Assembly: GCF_000143415.4 (NCBI RefSeq)
Contig: NW_003314328.1
Location: 242,995-306,994, forward strand
DNA length: 64,000 nucleotides
Source of the DNA: Selaginella moellendorffii
Lineage: Eukaryota > Plantae > Lycopodiophyta
Reading direction: 5' to 3'
The notes below the pieces were generated by a model, which had not been told where the DNA came from, ran no database searches, and worked only from the letters and a program-made list of their open reading frames with translations. Position numbers and translations under genes: made by a program. Shown piece after piece: positions 1 through 13,499 of the stretch; position 1 is the stretch's first letter; each line of letters begins with the position of its first letter.

Positions 1-1645
1 GACGTAACTCGGCCTATGCCTTTAGTTCGATTATGGAAAAATTTTTCCTTGTTGGCCTAGTAATCTTTGTTCATTAATCCCCATGGTTTGTTGATAAAGT
101 TTATAGAATGGGGCAAGAAAAATGTAGGTGTTACTTTCAGAGTATTTGTCCTTTCTTTTCCTTTTCCTTTAAGTTTTGCATTGCCTAGAGATAATTTCTA
201 TAGGCCATACCAACAAGATTTTGAGGGAAGGTCTACTTTAGAGAAAGAAATATTTGTCCAATGTATTCCTTGATTTCTTTCTTTGGAATTTCTTTATCAA
301 AGAAAGCACTTAGATATATAAGGGTTTTTCTAGCATAAAGACGAATCTTTCCCAAGGGATATATATTTTCCCTTTATTCTAAATAAACAGATCCATGTTT
401 AAGCTTATCAGGAAAGACTACTCTTTCTATCCAATTCCATTGACCTAGCTCTATAAGGAGATAGAAAAGTTTAGAAATAAGATTCTGAGTGATCTTAATA
501 TCCCCTCCATCTATTTTGAAAGTTAATTTTATAGAATCCCATAATTGAATAACTAATTTGCCTTCTTGTGGTTTTACAAAGTTTGATATCACTTTGTAGA
601 ATTTTTCTAGACCTCTATCCTTCATTTAGTTGGACACCCTATTTGTGCANNNNNNNNNNNNNNNNNNNNNNNNNNNNNNNNNNNNNNNNNNNNNNNNNNN
701 NNNNNNNNNNNNNNNNNNNNNNNNNNNNNNNNNNNNNNNNNNNNNNNNNATGAATTTCTACGAGGGCTTCATTGAAGAGCTTATCCATATTTTTGTACCC
801 TAAGATATAGATAATATTTATGTTTATATCTTCATGGTACTTTCTTAAATGGTTTGAATTTACTATTACAGTATCATCCTGTTTAAAGTGTGCACTTCAA
901 CTGTTCCTGGAGCTAATATTTTAGACAAAATGAATGGACCATCCCATTTTATCTCAAATTTATTTCTAAGAGCATTTATTTTGTCTTGATACCAAAAGAC
1001 TTTATCTCTTGGTTTAAACTTACAAGAGATTTTCAATTGTCTATTATGTCTAGCCTTTCTAGCATTTTGAATTACATGCAGGGTTTAAAATGTTATAAGC
1101 TTAAACTCGTCTAAGTTTTCTATTTTGGTAAATCTTTGCTTAAAAGCTTCTTTTTCGTCTAAGCCATTTTTAATTACAATATGCAAAGAGAGAATTATAA
1201 ATTCCATAGGTGTTACAGCTTCCTAACCATAAGTAAGATGAAATGGTGTCATGCATGTAGATACTTTATATATAGTTTTCTAAGCCCACAAAGTATTTAG
1301 GATTTTCTCATCCCAGTCTTTTTGATTATCCTTTACAATCTCTTTTAAGATATTTTTAAGCATTTTGTTAATAGATTCAACTTGACCATTCCCTTGAGGG
1401 TAATATAGTATAGACTTTTTGTGCTTAAGAATAAATTCTCGTATACAAATTTCTATTATTTCATTGATAAAATGAATGTCTCTATCTATGACGATCTCCT
1501 TAGGAAAACTAAATTTTACAATGATATTTTCATAAAGAAATTTTGCAATGTTAGCAACTAAGACTTGTTTCATAGGCATAGCTTCTGCCCATTTAGTCAT
1601 ATAATCAATAGCGACTAAAATATAATTTTTCTTTTTACTACTTGT
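1..1645 (-). mobile_element. Decayed Ty3/gypsy element: integrase core/C-terminus (~880-1645) and downstream region
   Basis: Minus-strand translation YILVAIDYMTKWAEAMP...EIVIDRDIHF...YYPQGNGQVESINK...DWDEKI is an rve integrase core with stops; interrupted by gaps. Confidence 0.85.
650..749. other. Assembly gap (100 N)
   Basis: Run of N. Confidence 1.
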
Positions 1646-1745
1646 NNNNNNNNNNNNNNNNNNNNNNNNNNNNNNNNNNNNNNNNNNNNNNNNNNNNNNN
1701 NNNNNNNNNNNNNNNNNNNNNNNNNNNNNNNNNNNNNNNNNNNNN
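1646..1745. other. Assembly gap (100 N)
   Basis: Run of N. Confidence 1.
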
Positions 1746-1824
1746 AGGCCGCGTTCTAGCCGCGGCATTCTAAGACCCTCTTTAAGGCATTGTTTAATAC
1801 TTAAAAATGTGTCTTGACAACCTA

Positions 1825-3692
1825 TTACCATTCTTGCAATTGTTATTATGCTAATTGCAATTTGATAGGAAATGCTTTATTTTAACTAGTATAGGCAAAA
1901 TAAATATTTGGGTTGTAAGGGAACCTAAATCACTGTCAAAGGTTAAAGGTTGTAAATTTAGTTCTTCTTCCTCTCATGGGGAATCACTCCAATTTTGTGT
2001 TCCACTACTCTTAGTTGAAACAAAGTCATTTCCTATGTGCCGATGCTGTTAAGGAAGAGTAATATATAGATTCACGTATTCTGGATGACTATCATAATCG
2101 TTTTGGGATTTCTGACCTCCTCTTCATTAAGGTATACTAAATATGCTTTCAGCTCGCTCTCTTTAAAAAATTTCTTTAGCTTGGTTGAGCAATGATTTAA
2201 TCTATTCTATTATCATATATCCATCCTTTTCTGGAATTAAAGGAGAGGACCCATAATTGTATATTCAGTAATACACAGAAGCAACAATCAACCTTAATCA
2301 AGCAAATGGGCAAAAAAAGAATCTTTCCTCTATACTCCCAAAAATAAAGCCAAAGACCAGTACTATGACAATGATGTCAAAAAGTTTGGCATATTTGATG
2401 AGCAGACAAAGTTTTTCCTTAAAGATTTCTCCATAAAAACAAACCTAAGAGAAAATTATAACGAGTTACAAAAGTTTTATCAAGGAAAATTTGAGTTAAT
2501 TGAAGAATATACAACTCAATTCAACAAATGTTATAAGCATTGTAAAGACTTAGTGTCAGATAAAATGCACTTACACTTATATATATAGGGCCTCAAGAAA
2601 ATTTATAGTAAATATGCCATAAAAAAAGCTCATGTAGATTTCAATGACTTAAAAAAAACCATATTTGCCTACTAAGATTTCATAAAACAATGTAACATTG
2701 TAAATATAGTCAAGTCATACAAAAGGACAACTCCTATAAATATATGCAAACCAATCTCAAATAAGGGAATTTGGGGTGCCAAATGCAATAATGAAGGCCA
2801 TAGCAAGGAAAAATACAAACTTTAGTTGATCAAATGCCAATTTTGTGAAAACAAAAAAGGGGGGCATTAGTTAAAGAGTGTAGAACCTTATTTAAACAAC
2901 TAAGAGGCCAATATGCAACTTGAGTTAATTAAACAACATGTAGGCAAAACTATCCACTTGATAATAGAAGTTATCATAGGAAGAACGATTACAATGATAA
3001 TCAAAATGCCAAACATGAATACCCATATGCTGAAAGGTGAGATGACTATTGGGATTATCTACCTACAAGTAATTTTCAAAATTATCCACCTAGCCATGAA
3101 GAAAATAGGTTTAAAGACTATAATCAACCTAGAGAATACAATCAGCCAAGAGGCTATAATAGGCTTAAAGATTATGAAAGGCTAAAAAAGTATGATCAAT
3201 TTAAGACTCTACTCGTTATCCTAAGCTATACAATTAAGCTAAATCATCAAGCAAGAATTACAAACCCTCTAACTACACACAACCTGCAGCTAGGTACATT
3301 GAGGTAGAAGGGTCAAATATAAAAGAGCTATTTAGCATCTATGTAATGACTAGAGCCCAACAAATAAAAGTTGAATTTGAAAGCCAAAATGAAGAGTGAT
3401 GATGAAGTAAAAATCATCCCTACCTTTCAATGGTGACAAAAGAAAAAGATTAGTACAGAAATCACTCAACAACTCCATGACTTGCAACTATAAATCGATT
3501 TGGAAAATGATGATTCTAATATAGAAAGTCTTATGCCTTTATAGGCTAATACGAATTTACCACTAGTGCAAAAGAAAAATCTTATACTAAAGCTAGATAG
3601 CAAAAATGAGAAGAAAGTAGTGAAAGGCATTTTAAATGCCAGAATTACACTCACTCTAGACCAATTTCTCACTATAACACCTTACCTTAGAG
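1825..3692 (+). mobile_element. Decayed gag-like region of an LTR retrotransposon (family A, copy 1)
   Basis: 2210-3340 aligns by eye with the reverse complement of 6140-7280; 1825-2205 aligns directly with 7290-7678; stop-riddled gag-like translation; interrupted at 3692 by element B. Confidence 0.65.
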
Positions 3693-6125
3693 TGTAAGGA
3701 ACCAACTCCCCAAGGTGTCAAAGGCTAAAGGATCCCCAAAAGCACGACCAAAATGATAAAGAGTTCATCAAATGATACCGAGTCCAAGATCGAGTTTGAG
3801 ACCAACTCTAAGACCGAGTTCGAAACCGAGTCCGAGATTGAGTTTGACACCGACTCTGAGACCGAGTTCAAGACCAAGTTTGAGATTGAGTTCGAGACCA
3901 AGTCCGAGATCTAAGATCGGGTCCAAGATAGAGTCCAAGATTGAGTACGAGATAGAGTCCGAGGTCGAGTCCGAGATTGAGTTTGGCTAACATGTTGTTG
4001 CTCGTGCAGTGAGTTGCTGAAATCAAGTAGGACCAAGTACGAGTTGGTACAATATATGGAAACCTTGGCGAGGGAACTTAACTAAGGCCAAGGCCGTGGT
4101 GGTCGGATAAATGAAGTAAGCTAGCAAATTGGAAAGGAAAAATTTGTGGCTTACAATTTGGTATCGGAGCTTTTTCCTCAGTTCTAGCGAAGGATAAAAG
4201 TGGATTGCTGGGAGATGGCAAAGAAAAAGCATAAATGAATCAAGGTAGAGACAGAACCTCCCCCAGAGCTAGAGCCTTTGGTCGAACCAGAGGCTATGGA
4301 TGAGGAATCTATATATGAGGAGGACTCTAGTGAAAAAACTTCCAAACAAGAGTCTGGTGGTGAGGTTTGGGCATTTAAGAGTCAATTGGATGTTTTAGAA
4401 GGACAATTGGCATAGACCAATGCTCTACTAAAGACTCTCGTATACAAGCTAAAGCATGATGAGAAGTGAAAGATTGCGGATGTTGGTATCGCAAAAGGCG
4501 TGGACCATTTGGCAAGGACTGAGGCAAAACTAAACAAAGTCAAAGAAACCAAAGTGGAATCAGTCCCTCAAGCAGTTCCCAAGTATAAACCAAAGCCCTC
4601 ACTGGTCTTCAAGGGAGTGAATGACTATAAGGTGGTGGAGGATTAGTTTTACAATATGAAGGATTACTTTCGAGCATTGCAATTACCAAGCTCAGAGAAG
4701 GTCCTATGTGCAAAACCATACTTAGCAAATAATTCAAAGTCTTAGTGGAAAACAATAGAGGCTAACGAAGGACCAGTGGCCACTTGGGAAATAATGAAGG
4801 CAAGGGAATACGCGACTTACGTACCTCCGAATGCTACTTTACACCTAAGGGATGAGCTGAGTAGACTGAAGTAGACCGGAACCATTCAAAAGTACGTGAA
4901 TGCACTTATGCCAAAGAGGATATTTGTCATAGACATGGGTGATATGGATGCATACCATGCCTTCATATCAGGCTTGCAAACCTAGGCTCGCGGCAAGGTG
5001 ATGCCTTGGAACTGATCAACTACAAGAAAGCGTTAGATGCAACTATTAAGATGCATTTTAATGATAACCTGTGAAAGGGGAACATAACGGGGTTGGGGTC
5101 CACATTTAGCAAAGGGGCTAAACCAAGAGGGACATATGGCAAAGTGAAATTCAAAAAGAGTTTCTTTAAGAATGAGTCATCAAGGTTTCGGAAAGGTAGA
5201 TTTGGGGGTTAGCAAGCAAGTACGTGGGGGAGTTAAGTGAAAAGGGACAAACCTATGGATAAAAATGTCAAGTCTGCTAATAGCATGGAAAATAACATAT
5301 GCTTCAACTGCAGTGAAGCGGGACACTTTTCGAGGAAATGTCCCTACTTAAAAAAGGCCAGAGCCAATATGACCATTAAATTAGATGAAATCCAAATTGA
5401 GGTATGTGATCCCGTCCCTAGCTCAAAGTTACTCATTACACGAGTAACTTTAGTAAAGAGTCGTTTGCGACATCTACTAGCCCTCTGAGGGAAGAGGTAT
5501 CTTTGTTAAAATCCTTATTGACACAGGTGCTTCGAATAATTTTGTGACTGCAGACATAGTCCGGCAAGCTGAATTAATGATGCAGCAGCTGGGGGAACCA
5601 AGGGGTATAGAGTTTGTTCAAGGTAGCTAAAGCACCGATGAGGTACTTTGACAAGCAAGAGTCGAAGTAGGGACATAAAAAGTAGATATAGATTTCACCG
5701 TATTAGACATGGTGGGATTTGACATAATCTTCGGGATGAATTGGTTCAATCGGTTCATGGTAGCCCTACATAGACAAGGTAGAAACCTTGTGGTACTGGC
5801 GAATGCTTGAGGAAAATGATCTAGGGTGGAGGCCCAAGATCTAAAGGTAGGGCAATGTAGGGCCAAAGACTCTTGCTTAAACATGGTGTCCACAAAAGGA
5901 CAACTCACTAAAAGAACCAAAGCAGCATTTTTGTGCTTACTCTCGATGAGGAGTGACAAAAAGACGGGAACAAAAGAAGTACCTTTAATGATCCAACAAG
6001 TGTTAGACTAATTCCAAAATACCATGCTGGAGGAGCTACCGGTGGGGTTACCCCCCAAACGATCGATAGAACATAAGATCCATAAGATCGATAACATAAA
6101 ATTCATAAGATCGATAGAACATAAC
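3693..6125 (+). mobile_element. 3'-truncated Ty3/gypsy element B: 5' LTR 3693-4155, PBS 4159-4170, gag with zinc knuckle, protease; ends before RT
   Basis: TGTAAG...TTACA LTR ends; TGGTATCGGAGC initiator-Met PBS; CFNCSEAGHFSRKC knuckle (~5300); LIDTGASNNF protease (~5515); LPPKRSIEHKI just before truncation. Confidence 0.85.
3778..3985 (+). repeat. Degenerate 12-bp tandem array (GAGTCCGAGACC-like) inside the LTR of element B
   Basis: Visible periodicity; translates as repeated RPSS/ESKI units. Confidence 0.8.
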
Positions 6126-6139
6126 ATATGTCATAACAC

Positions 6140-7760
6140 AAATGGTAAGTAGCTCTTCTATATCTGACCATTCTACCTTAATGTGCCTAATTGCAGGTTG
6201 CATATGTTTAGGGGACCTATCATTCTTGCTTTATGATTCAGCTTGATTGTATAGCCTAGGATAACAAATAGAAGTCTTAACTTGATCATAATCTTTTAGC
6301 CTTTCATATTCTCTAGGCCTATAATAACCTCTAGAATGATTATATTCTTTAGGTCAATTATAGTCTGTAAGCCTATTTTCCTCATGGCTAGGTGGATAAT
6401 CTTAAAATTACCCCTACACAGATAATCCCAATGGTCATCTTGCCTTTCAACATATAAGTATTCACGTTTAATATTTTATAATCATTCTTTTTATGATAAC
6501 TTCTGTCATCAAATGGATAACTTTGCTTATATATTGTTTTATCAACTCGGGCTACCTATAAGCCTCCTAGTTATCTAAACAAGATTTTAGACTTCTTAGT
6601 TAAATGCCCCTTTTTTTCACAAATTTGGCACTTAATCAATTGGAGTTTGCATTCTTTCTTGCTATGACCTTCAATTTTGCATGTTTTACACCAAATCCTT
6701 TATTTAATATTAGTTTGCAATTTGTGACTTCTTAGACGATTGGTTTCTTTGTCTATATGAGTCATCTTTTTGTTTGACTTCACCATATTTACCATGTCAT
6801 ATTGTTTTATGAAATCTTGGTAGGCAATCATGGTTTTTTTCAAGTCATTGAAATTTGTATAAACTCTTTTTATTACATGTTCACAATAAAATTTTTTGAG
6901 GCTTTGTATGTATAAACATAGGCATATTTTTTCTGACACTAAGTCTTTACAATGCTTATAACGCTTGTTGAGTTGAGTTATATATTCCTTGATTATCTCA
7001 TATTTTCTTTGATGAAGGTTTTGCAACTCATTAAAGTTTTCTTTTGTATTTGTTTCTATAGAGAAAGTTTTAAGGAAAAAATTTATCTACTCATCAAATA
7101 TGCTAAGCTTTTTGACATCATTATTATAGTATTAATCTTTGGCTTTGTTTTAAGCGTATAGGGGAAAAGATTCTTTTCCTACCTATTTGCTTAATTGAGT
7201 TTGATTTCTTTTGTATATTGCTTAATATGCAATTATGAGTCTTCTCCTTTAATTCCAGAAAATGATAAATATGTGATGACGGTGCTTATTGTTGTTCTTG
7301 CAATTGTTATTGTGCTCATTGTAATTTGACAAGGAATGCTTTGTTTTACAACTAATATAGACAAAACATGTGTTTGGTTTGTAATGGAACTTGGATCACT
7401 ATTAAAGGGTAAAGGTTGTAAATTTAGCTCTTCTTCCTCTTGTGAGGAATCACTACAGTTGTTTTGTGTTCCACTACTCTCAATTGAAGCAAAAGCATTT
7501 TTATATGCCAATGTTGCGAAGGAGGAGTAACGTATGGATTCATGTATTCTGAATGACCATCAAAATCGTATTGGGATTTTTTATTTTTTCTTTGTTGAGG
7601 TGTACTTAATATGCTTTTAGTTCATTCTCTTTCAAGTTTTTTTCTAGCTTGGTTGAGCAATGATTTAGTTTGTTCTGAAAAGAGGATAAGATCGCGAATA
7701 TTACGAGCAAGTGCTCTATAATTTTGTTCTAGATCTTATGAATACTTCTTTTCAAATTGC
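6140..7760 (-). mobile_element. Decayed gag-like region (family A, copy 2, inverted relative to copy 1)
   Basis: Homologous to 1825-3340; ORFs 6700-7026 and 7233-7511 are fragments of it. Confidence 0.65.
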
Positions 7761-7788
7761 CTTCCACTTATCATATTGTGAGGGAAAT

Positions 7789-8468
7789 TATAGTGCATGT
7801 GATCATAGAATAAGATTTGGATATATTGTTACGGTGGATCCTTGGAACCTTAGAGGATAAATGGGGATAAAATAGCTACTAAAGGCTCTCTCATCAAACA
7901 ATTGCCCCTTTTCCAGTTGGTTTAAAGGGAGAGAGATATGGTGCATTACATGTGGTATCGGAGCAAATGGCACAGGTTTTATTCCTATTGATTAGTGGCT
8001 ACTTAAAAATATAATATACCCTTGAGCAAGGTATATTCCTACCCTGAAATTTGAAATTGTACATATTAAGCATCCATGCGTATGTCCTTCCTCTTGTGTG
8101 GAGTATTCATAGATGAAGGTTTTCGCTGTGGGATTGCGGTACGGGATTAGTTCCCTCACATGGAATAGCTAATCTACATAATGAAAGGATTGGTAAATTC
8201 AATGCAAAAATGAAGATGCTAGTTCCCCTTGGTTCAGTAGGGGTTGCTAGTCAATAGTCAATAAGGACATTAACTTTTTTCAATGGGGGGGGGGGGGGGG
8301 GGTGAGTGTAGCGCATGTGATTATAGGATGAGATTTGAATATACTGTCACCGTGGATCCTTGGAACCTTAAGGGATAAGTGGGGATAAAATAGCCATTAA
8401 GGGCTCTCTTATCAAACAATTGCCCCGTTTCCAATTGGTTTAAGTGGAGAGAGATAGAGTGCATTACA
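7789..8468 (+). mobile_element. TRIM-like miniature LTR element: LTRs 7789-7950 and 8307-8468, PBS 7953-7964, G-rich PPT 8285-8306
   Basis: Two 162-bp direct repeats ending GCATTACA; TGGTATCGGAGC after the first; poly-G tract before the second; non-coding ~355-bp interior. Confidence 0.8.
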
Positions 8469-8559
8469 TGTGTTGTGACTATATTGAGCATTTGGATACA
8501 ATAGAAATTTGTTATAACAACACATTTCACAGCACTATTGATTGTTCTTCATAGGAGAT

Positions 8560-10743
8560 GTTGCAAGGAAATGCTTGTGGAGTGCCTCAACAGATTGTTG
8601 TACCAAAACCAATGTTCGAAGTGTTAGTCCCAGCCATTGAGACTTATACGGAGCAACTATGCCAAGGTTGGTCTAGAGCTACTGAAGCGATGGGCAAAGC
8701 TCAGGATAGGTATCGACATGATAAGGATTAGCATTGTTGGGATGTATCTTATCAAGTGGGAAATCAAGTGTGGCTATCTTCCCGGAACTTAAACATTAAT
8801 GGATCTTCATCTTGGAAGCTGTTACCGAGATATGGTGGACTCTATCAAGTGTTGAAACGAATTGGTGATATATCCTATTGGTTGAATCTTCTTGTGGAAA
8901 TGTCCAATATTCATAATGTATTTCATGCCAATCTATTGGCTCCTTACACTATGGATGTTGTGCAATATGGGGAAATTTGTCTGCCACTAGACATTGTGGA
9001 TGGTGAACTAGAATATGAAGTTGAAACTATCTTGGATTCCCAATTTTGAAGACGAGCTCGTGTGATGGAATGTCTAGTTAAGTGGAAAGGTTACCTGACT
9101 TGTGAATCAACTTGGGAACCTCTTAGGAATCTTACACATGCTCATAAGCTTGTCATGGAGTATGAGAATAGTAATAAAGACTAGCTTTTGTAAACTTTGT
9201 AATAAATCTTGCAAATTAATAAAATAATACATTTCTATAAATCAAAGTTTCATCTCTCTCGTTTGTTTGTACTTGGGTCAGTTTTGGCAGGCTAACTTTG
9301 GCACTTCAATGTATGGGTCCAATCCATAACCATGGTTATAATTATTATAGATTGATCACAAGTCCCCACCTCTCTCTCAATGACTTATTTTTTAAAAAGG
9401 GTGTGGTCGTGTAAACAACTTAATCTACCAGTTTATAATAATTGTCTAAATCTTCCTGACGGGTTGATTTCTTGCTCAGGGGAAGTTAGGCCTCTAGCCT
9501 TCTCCCTATGTCCCTATGGGTAGGGATGTATCATTCTTTTGTAAGCCGAGTGGTACTCGGAGCAGCAAGGGTGGCTAACTCCATTAGTTATTTCTTTGTC
9601 ATCGATGGTTGGAGGGTGTCTAAATCTTTGGACATAAAAGGGAGGTAGTTTCATAACTCATTTAAGTCGGTGTGTTTCCCATATAGTGTGCTTTCCGTTA
9701 ACTTTCGGAGTTCTTTCCTTGATAGTTTGTTAAACTCGGGTATGCATTGATGAGGACATCAATTTTCCCCAAAGGGGGGAGAGTGTCGGGAATATGACTT
9801 CGGGGATCGAAAGATACTTGTTGGCCAATCCTTACGGACACTCTTTCGTTACTGCCATGATGGCAAGAGGTCGGTACAATTGGATCCCTTTAGTAGCCCC
9901 TCTTGTGCTAGTGGAGTTAATTTAACATTTCGAGTGTACTTAGACCTAACGAGCATAAGAACAGAATTCCTACATGCTATTAGCTAAGCACTTAGCCTAG
10001 TAAGGAGTTCCCGTTTCGTTATGTCTTGCATTGGCTAGTAACAAGAACCCTTGCATATTGAGACTAGTCCCTCAATATTGCTAAATGATAGTTTACTATG
10101 TTTGCTAAACACCCTTGCTATCATGCCCTTTGTGTTAGTCTCATTTTGGTCCCAAATGCTAATTATGGAAAGTGTCTAGATTTGTTCATTTGGCATATCT
10201 ACAGAATGTAGAGATTATCTTGAACACTATAGTGTTTGTTCCATGTTCAAATTCGCAATTTAGGGACATTCTATATTTAATAATTTTCAAGCTTGTCCTA
10301 GAGACTAACTCCTTGTAATAAAGGAGACTTGGGCTGAAAGCCCAAAGCATGTGTTCCTCAAGGGGGGTGGCTATGGGGAGTTCCAAATATATAGTAGGGA
10401 TAGTGGTTAGAATGCATGTCTAACCACTTGAAACATTAGTTTGGCTCCCACTAGGTTGTATTGCTCCTTGTTCTGCGTCCGGCTTGGGTCTAAACCTAAA
10501 CACCATGCTACTCTAGTTGGTGGGGTACCCTCCTCCTCGCATTAAGCCACCGGTATGCCAAAATTGTGCCAAACACTATCTGACACCATTTTGCGTGTAG
10601 GTGCTGGATACGAGGAGCTGGTGCTCATGGGATTGTACTGGACCCTCATTTCGTAGTGCAATGGGCTTGGAGTTCGGCTCCAAATTCAAGTGCGTTATAG
10701 AAATGTTGTATATCTATTCCCTTATTCGGTATAGATAGTGACA
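8560..10743 (+). mobile_element. 3' remnant of a chromoviral Ty3/gypsy element: integrase C-terminus and chromodomain (to ~9184), PPT 9771-9783, probable 3' LTR 9784-10743
   Basis: KLLPRYGGLYQV...HNVFHANLL...EYEVETILDS, continuing past a stop as CLVKWKGY...STWEP (chromodomain); AAAGGGGGGAGAG followed by TGTC; right end at GTGACA is uncertain. Confidence 0.75.
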
Positions 10744-13499
10744 ATTTTATACATAAAGATTATGCCCTCTAAAGCTTTATAGGTAAGATAAATTGTTGGT
10801 CTATACCTATATATTTCGAAGTCTATTAGTGGTTGCTACTATGTGAAGCTTAATTATTATGCCTCGTTTGTGGAGTGAGTGGTACAAGGCTTTGGTATGC
10901 AATGTATTCCCTTTGTAAATTAGCCTATTAGTTACTCTTAAGAGTAAGTACCAAGCTTTCAAAATGGGGTTGGCTTTCCTTTAGAGACTAAATGTTTAGA
11001 ACATTTCTTATATGAAAGTCTCAAAAATTTCTCGAACAATAAATATTGTTTTTCACAGCATATCTATCTTACTCATATGTGATCCACCTTAAGAGATTTT
11101 TACTCCACAAAATTTTGTTACCTATCAATCTAGATTTGGAATTAATCCAACGTCTATAAGCCTAATTATTACCAAATATATTTCTGCCTATTGCATAAAA
11201 TTGTAGTAATTGTCTAATAGGAAGAATTTTATAAATCCTTTATAGGTTATAATACTCAAGATTTGCATCTAGCTCAAATAAGTAGACTATTTTTCTATCT
11301 AGGAAGAATTCTGATACTTTCTTTTTATATAGGTAACTCCACAAATATAAATCTCACTTACACTCACATTCTTTGACAATAGTAAAGGTACCAGGAGTTA
11401 TAGTTTTGTATATCTTGAGTAGAATTTTGTTAAGTATCTTATTAGGTAATTCATCAAATTGTTTAAACAATTTTGTTAAATCTATCATTCGTTAGCCTAG
11501 CTAGGCACACAAGATATTTTAGTTTTTATTTTCTTATACTTTTACCTAGTGACACAAAGTGCAAATCAACTAACTTCCATCTAGGTCTATAAGCAAAATA
11601 TATCTTCTGATAAATGTGATACATTGTATATAAAGATTCTTCTTTTGTCTACTCTAATTCCCCTATTCAACTTCTATCAGGTCAATGGAGGATTGTTAAT
11701 TCTCAATCTTTCCACCTAGATGTGCAAAAGATCCTTCCCTTTCTTTTCATACCTAGTATGGTTAAGATTAATTCAGTATATGGTCTTTGGCGCGTGATAG
11801 CCAATTCTAGAGTAACTTGCCTACTTCATCTGGTTTATAACCAATTTTGCCTTTACAACTATGAAATTAGAAAGAGTGGCCTATTATTCTTAGCAAATTT
11901 TAAACAAATTGGATCAATACTAAGGGCTAATTTGAATAGGGCATGGAAACCATTCCATGAAATTGCCTAATGGAATCAACACAAGAGTCAAATTGTCTCG
12001 CACATAATAGTTTATTCTAGATCAATTTACTTGTGGAATGATGTTAGATAATTTTTCAAATATGTGATAGTTAATTTATGGAAGACTTTGTTCAAATCTA
12101 GACAAAAATTTCTTTTCAAGGCAAATTTTTCTATAACTTCTTCACTAACTGGTAGTTATAGTTAATACAAGTCTTTTCTTAAGCTTGTATAATACATTTT
12201 TGAGTTTTGCAATGTATTTCAAAAATTCTGGGACTATTTGAAGCGATTTCACCTTTTTAAACAAAACACTTTTCTAATATCTATAAATTTTTTCTAGTTC
12301 TTTAGATATCAAAGTGACGGTAGCAATGTCTCTAAGACTAATGCCTACACTTAATAACAAACTCTACAGCTCTCTATTCTGTGTTTATAGCGTGAAGCCT
12401 CTCGACTACTTCGTCTAGCAAAAACTCAATTAGCACACAGCGTGATCTCTATGTTCCAAATATAAATGGAAATTGAGCTACAACTCTTACTAGAGTATTT
12501 GTATAATTTTGGTTCATGCCCTGTAAAGGGTGTTTCACACTTAAAATAGTAAGTATTTCCTTTAGCAATTGAGTGTGGAAGGTGGATTTTCACACCTATT
12601 CACTTATATATTTGCTTTTTATCTATGCCTCACTTTAAGGGATATAGGGTGCATTTCATGTGATTGCCTTTGATTCTTCTCTATAGGCCTAGATGTGATA
12701 TAAGTGTCTTAAAATTTATAAAAAAATAACACCTTTTACATTGAGTAGTATTTGTAAGCTCTCTATCTATATAAGATGAGCCTTGATTAATTCACTTATA
12801 TGTACTATATGTAGAGTAGTTTGAATGATTAGAGTGGTTTATGTTAATCATTTCCAAATTTTTGACTTATGAGTCTTGCTCGAGTTTTATAAACTCTTGC
12901 AATACACATAGGAGACTTAGACTCAATATAAATCTACTTTTAAACTATATATGAGTAGTAGTCCAAGATAAAGGGCCCTAAATCAAAGCCTTGGGACAGC
13001 ATAATGTTTTAATATTGATTCTGCCTTTGTCAAATCTTTATAAAATTTGGGTAAATAATTCCCTAATTTGTTCTTCACTAAAGTTGACTTTAGCTCTCTT
13101 TAAGTTGGAGTCGAAGACAAAAGTTACAGATGCCCAATTTTTCTTTTTGTATATGCCTAGAAAAATTGTAACATACTGTTGAAAAGTGTGTCCTTTAAAA
13201 ACTTAAATGAGAACTTATTCAGAACAAAAAAATTCTAGAGTAGTTGATTGTGTTTTCCATATCAAACAAACTCTATTCCTTTTTCTTTTGGATTTTTCTC
13301 AAGAAATTATTAGCAAAACAATTTAAACTTGAGTTTCTTAGCAATGTATGCCATACTTCAATTTCAAACTCGTCCCATACTCTATCGCTTTGGTGACAGT
13401 TGAAAAATTATATTTCTTGAGTTATTTGGGCATTAAACCACTATAATCACAAAAAGAACTTTTTCATTTAGTATTCTCTAATCTTGTGGCCTTTGCAAT

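Noticed and set aside
1280-1831. 183-aa ORF as one protein
   Set aside because: It runs through a 100-N gap; only the part below 1645 is integrase
3778-3985. Short repeat array as CRISPR or as a Ser/Arg-rich protein (ORF 3772-3990)
   Set aside because: Contiguous degenerate 12-mers with no spacers, inside an LTR, in a eukaryote
7789-7950. Cassandra element with 5S rRNA in the LTR
   Set aside because: Only a short GATCATA resemblance; no 5S A- or C-box sequence
12960-13000. LINE reverse transcriptase motif (minus strand LSQGFDLGPLSW)
   Set aside because: No downstream YADD-like motif at the expected distance
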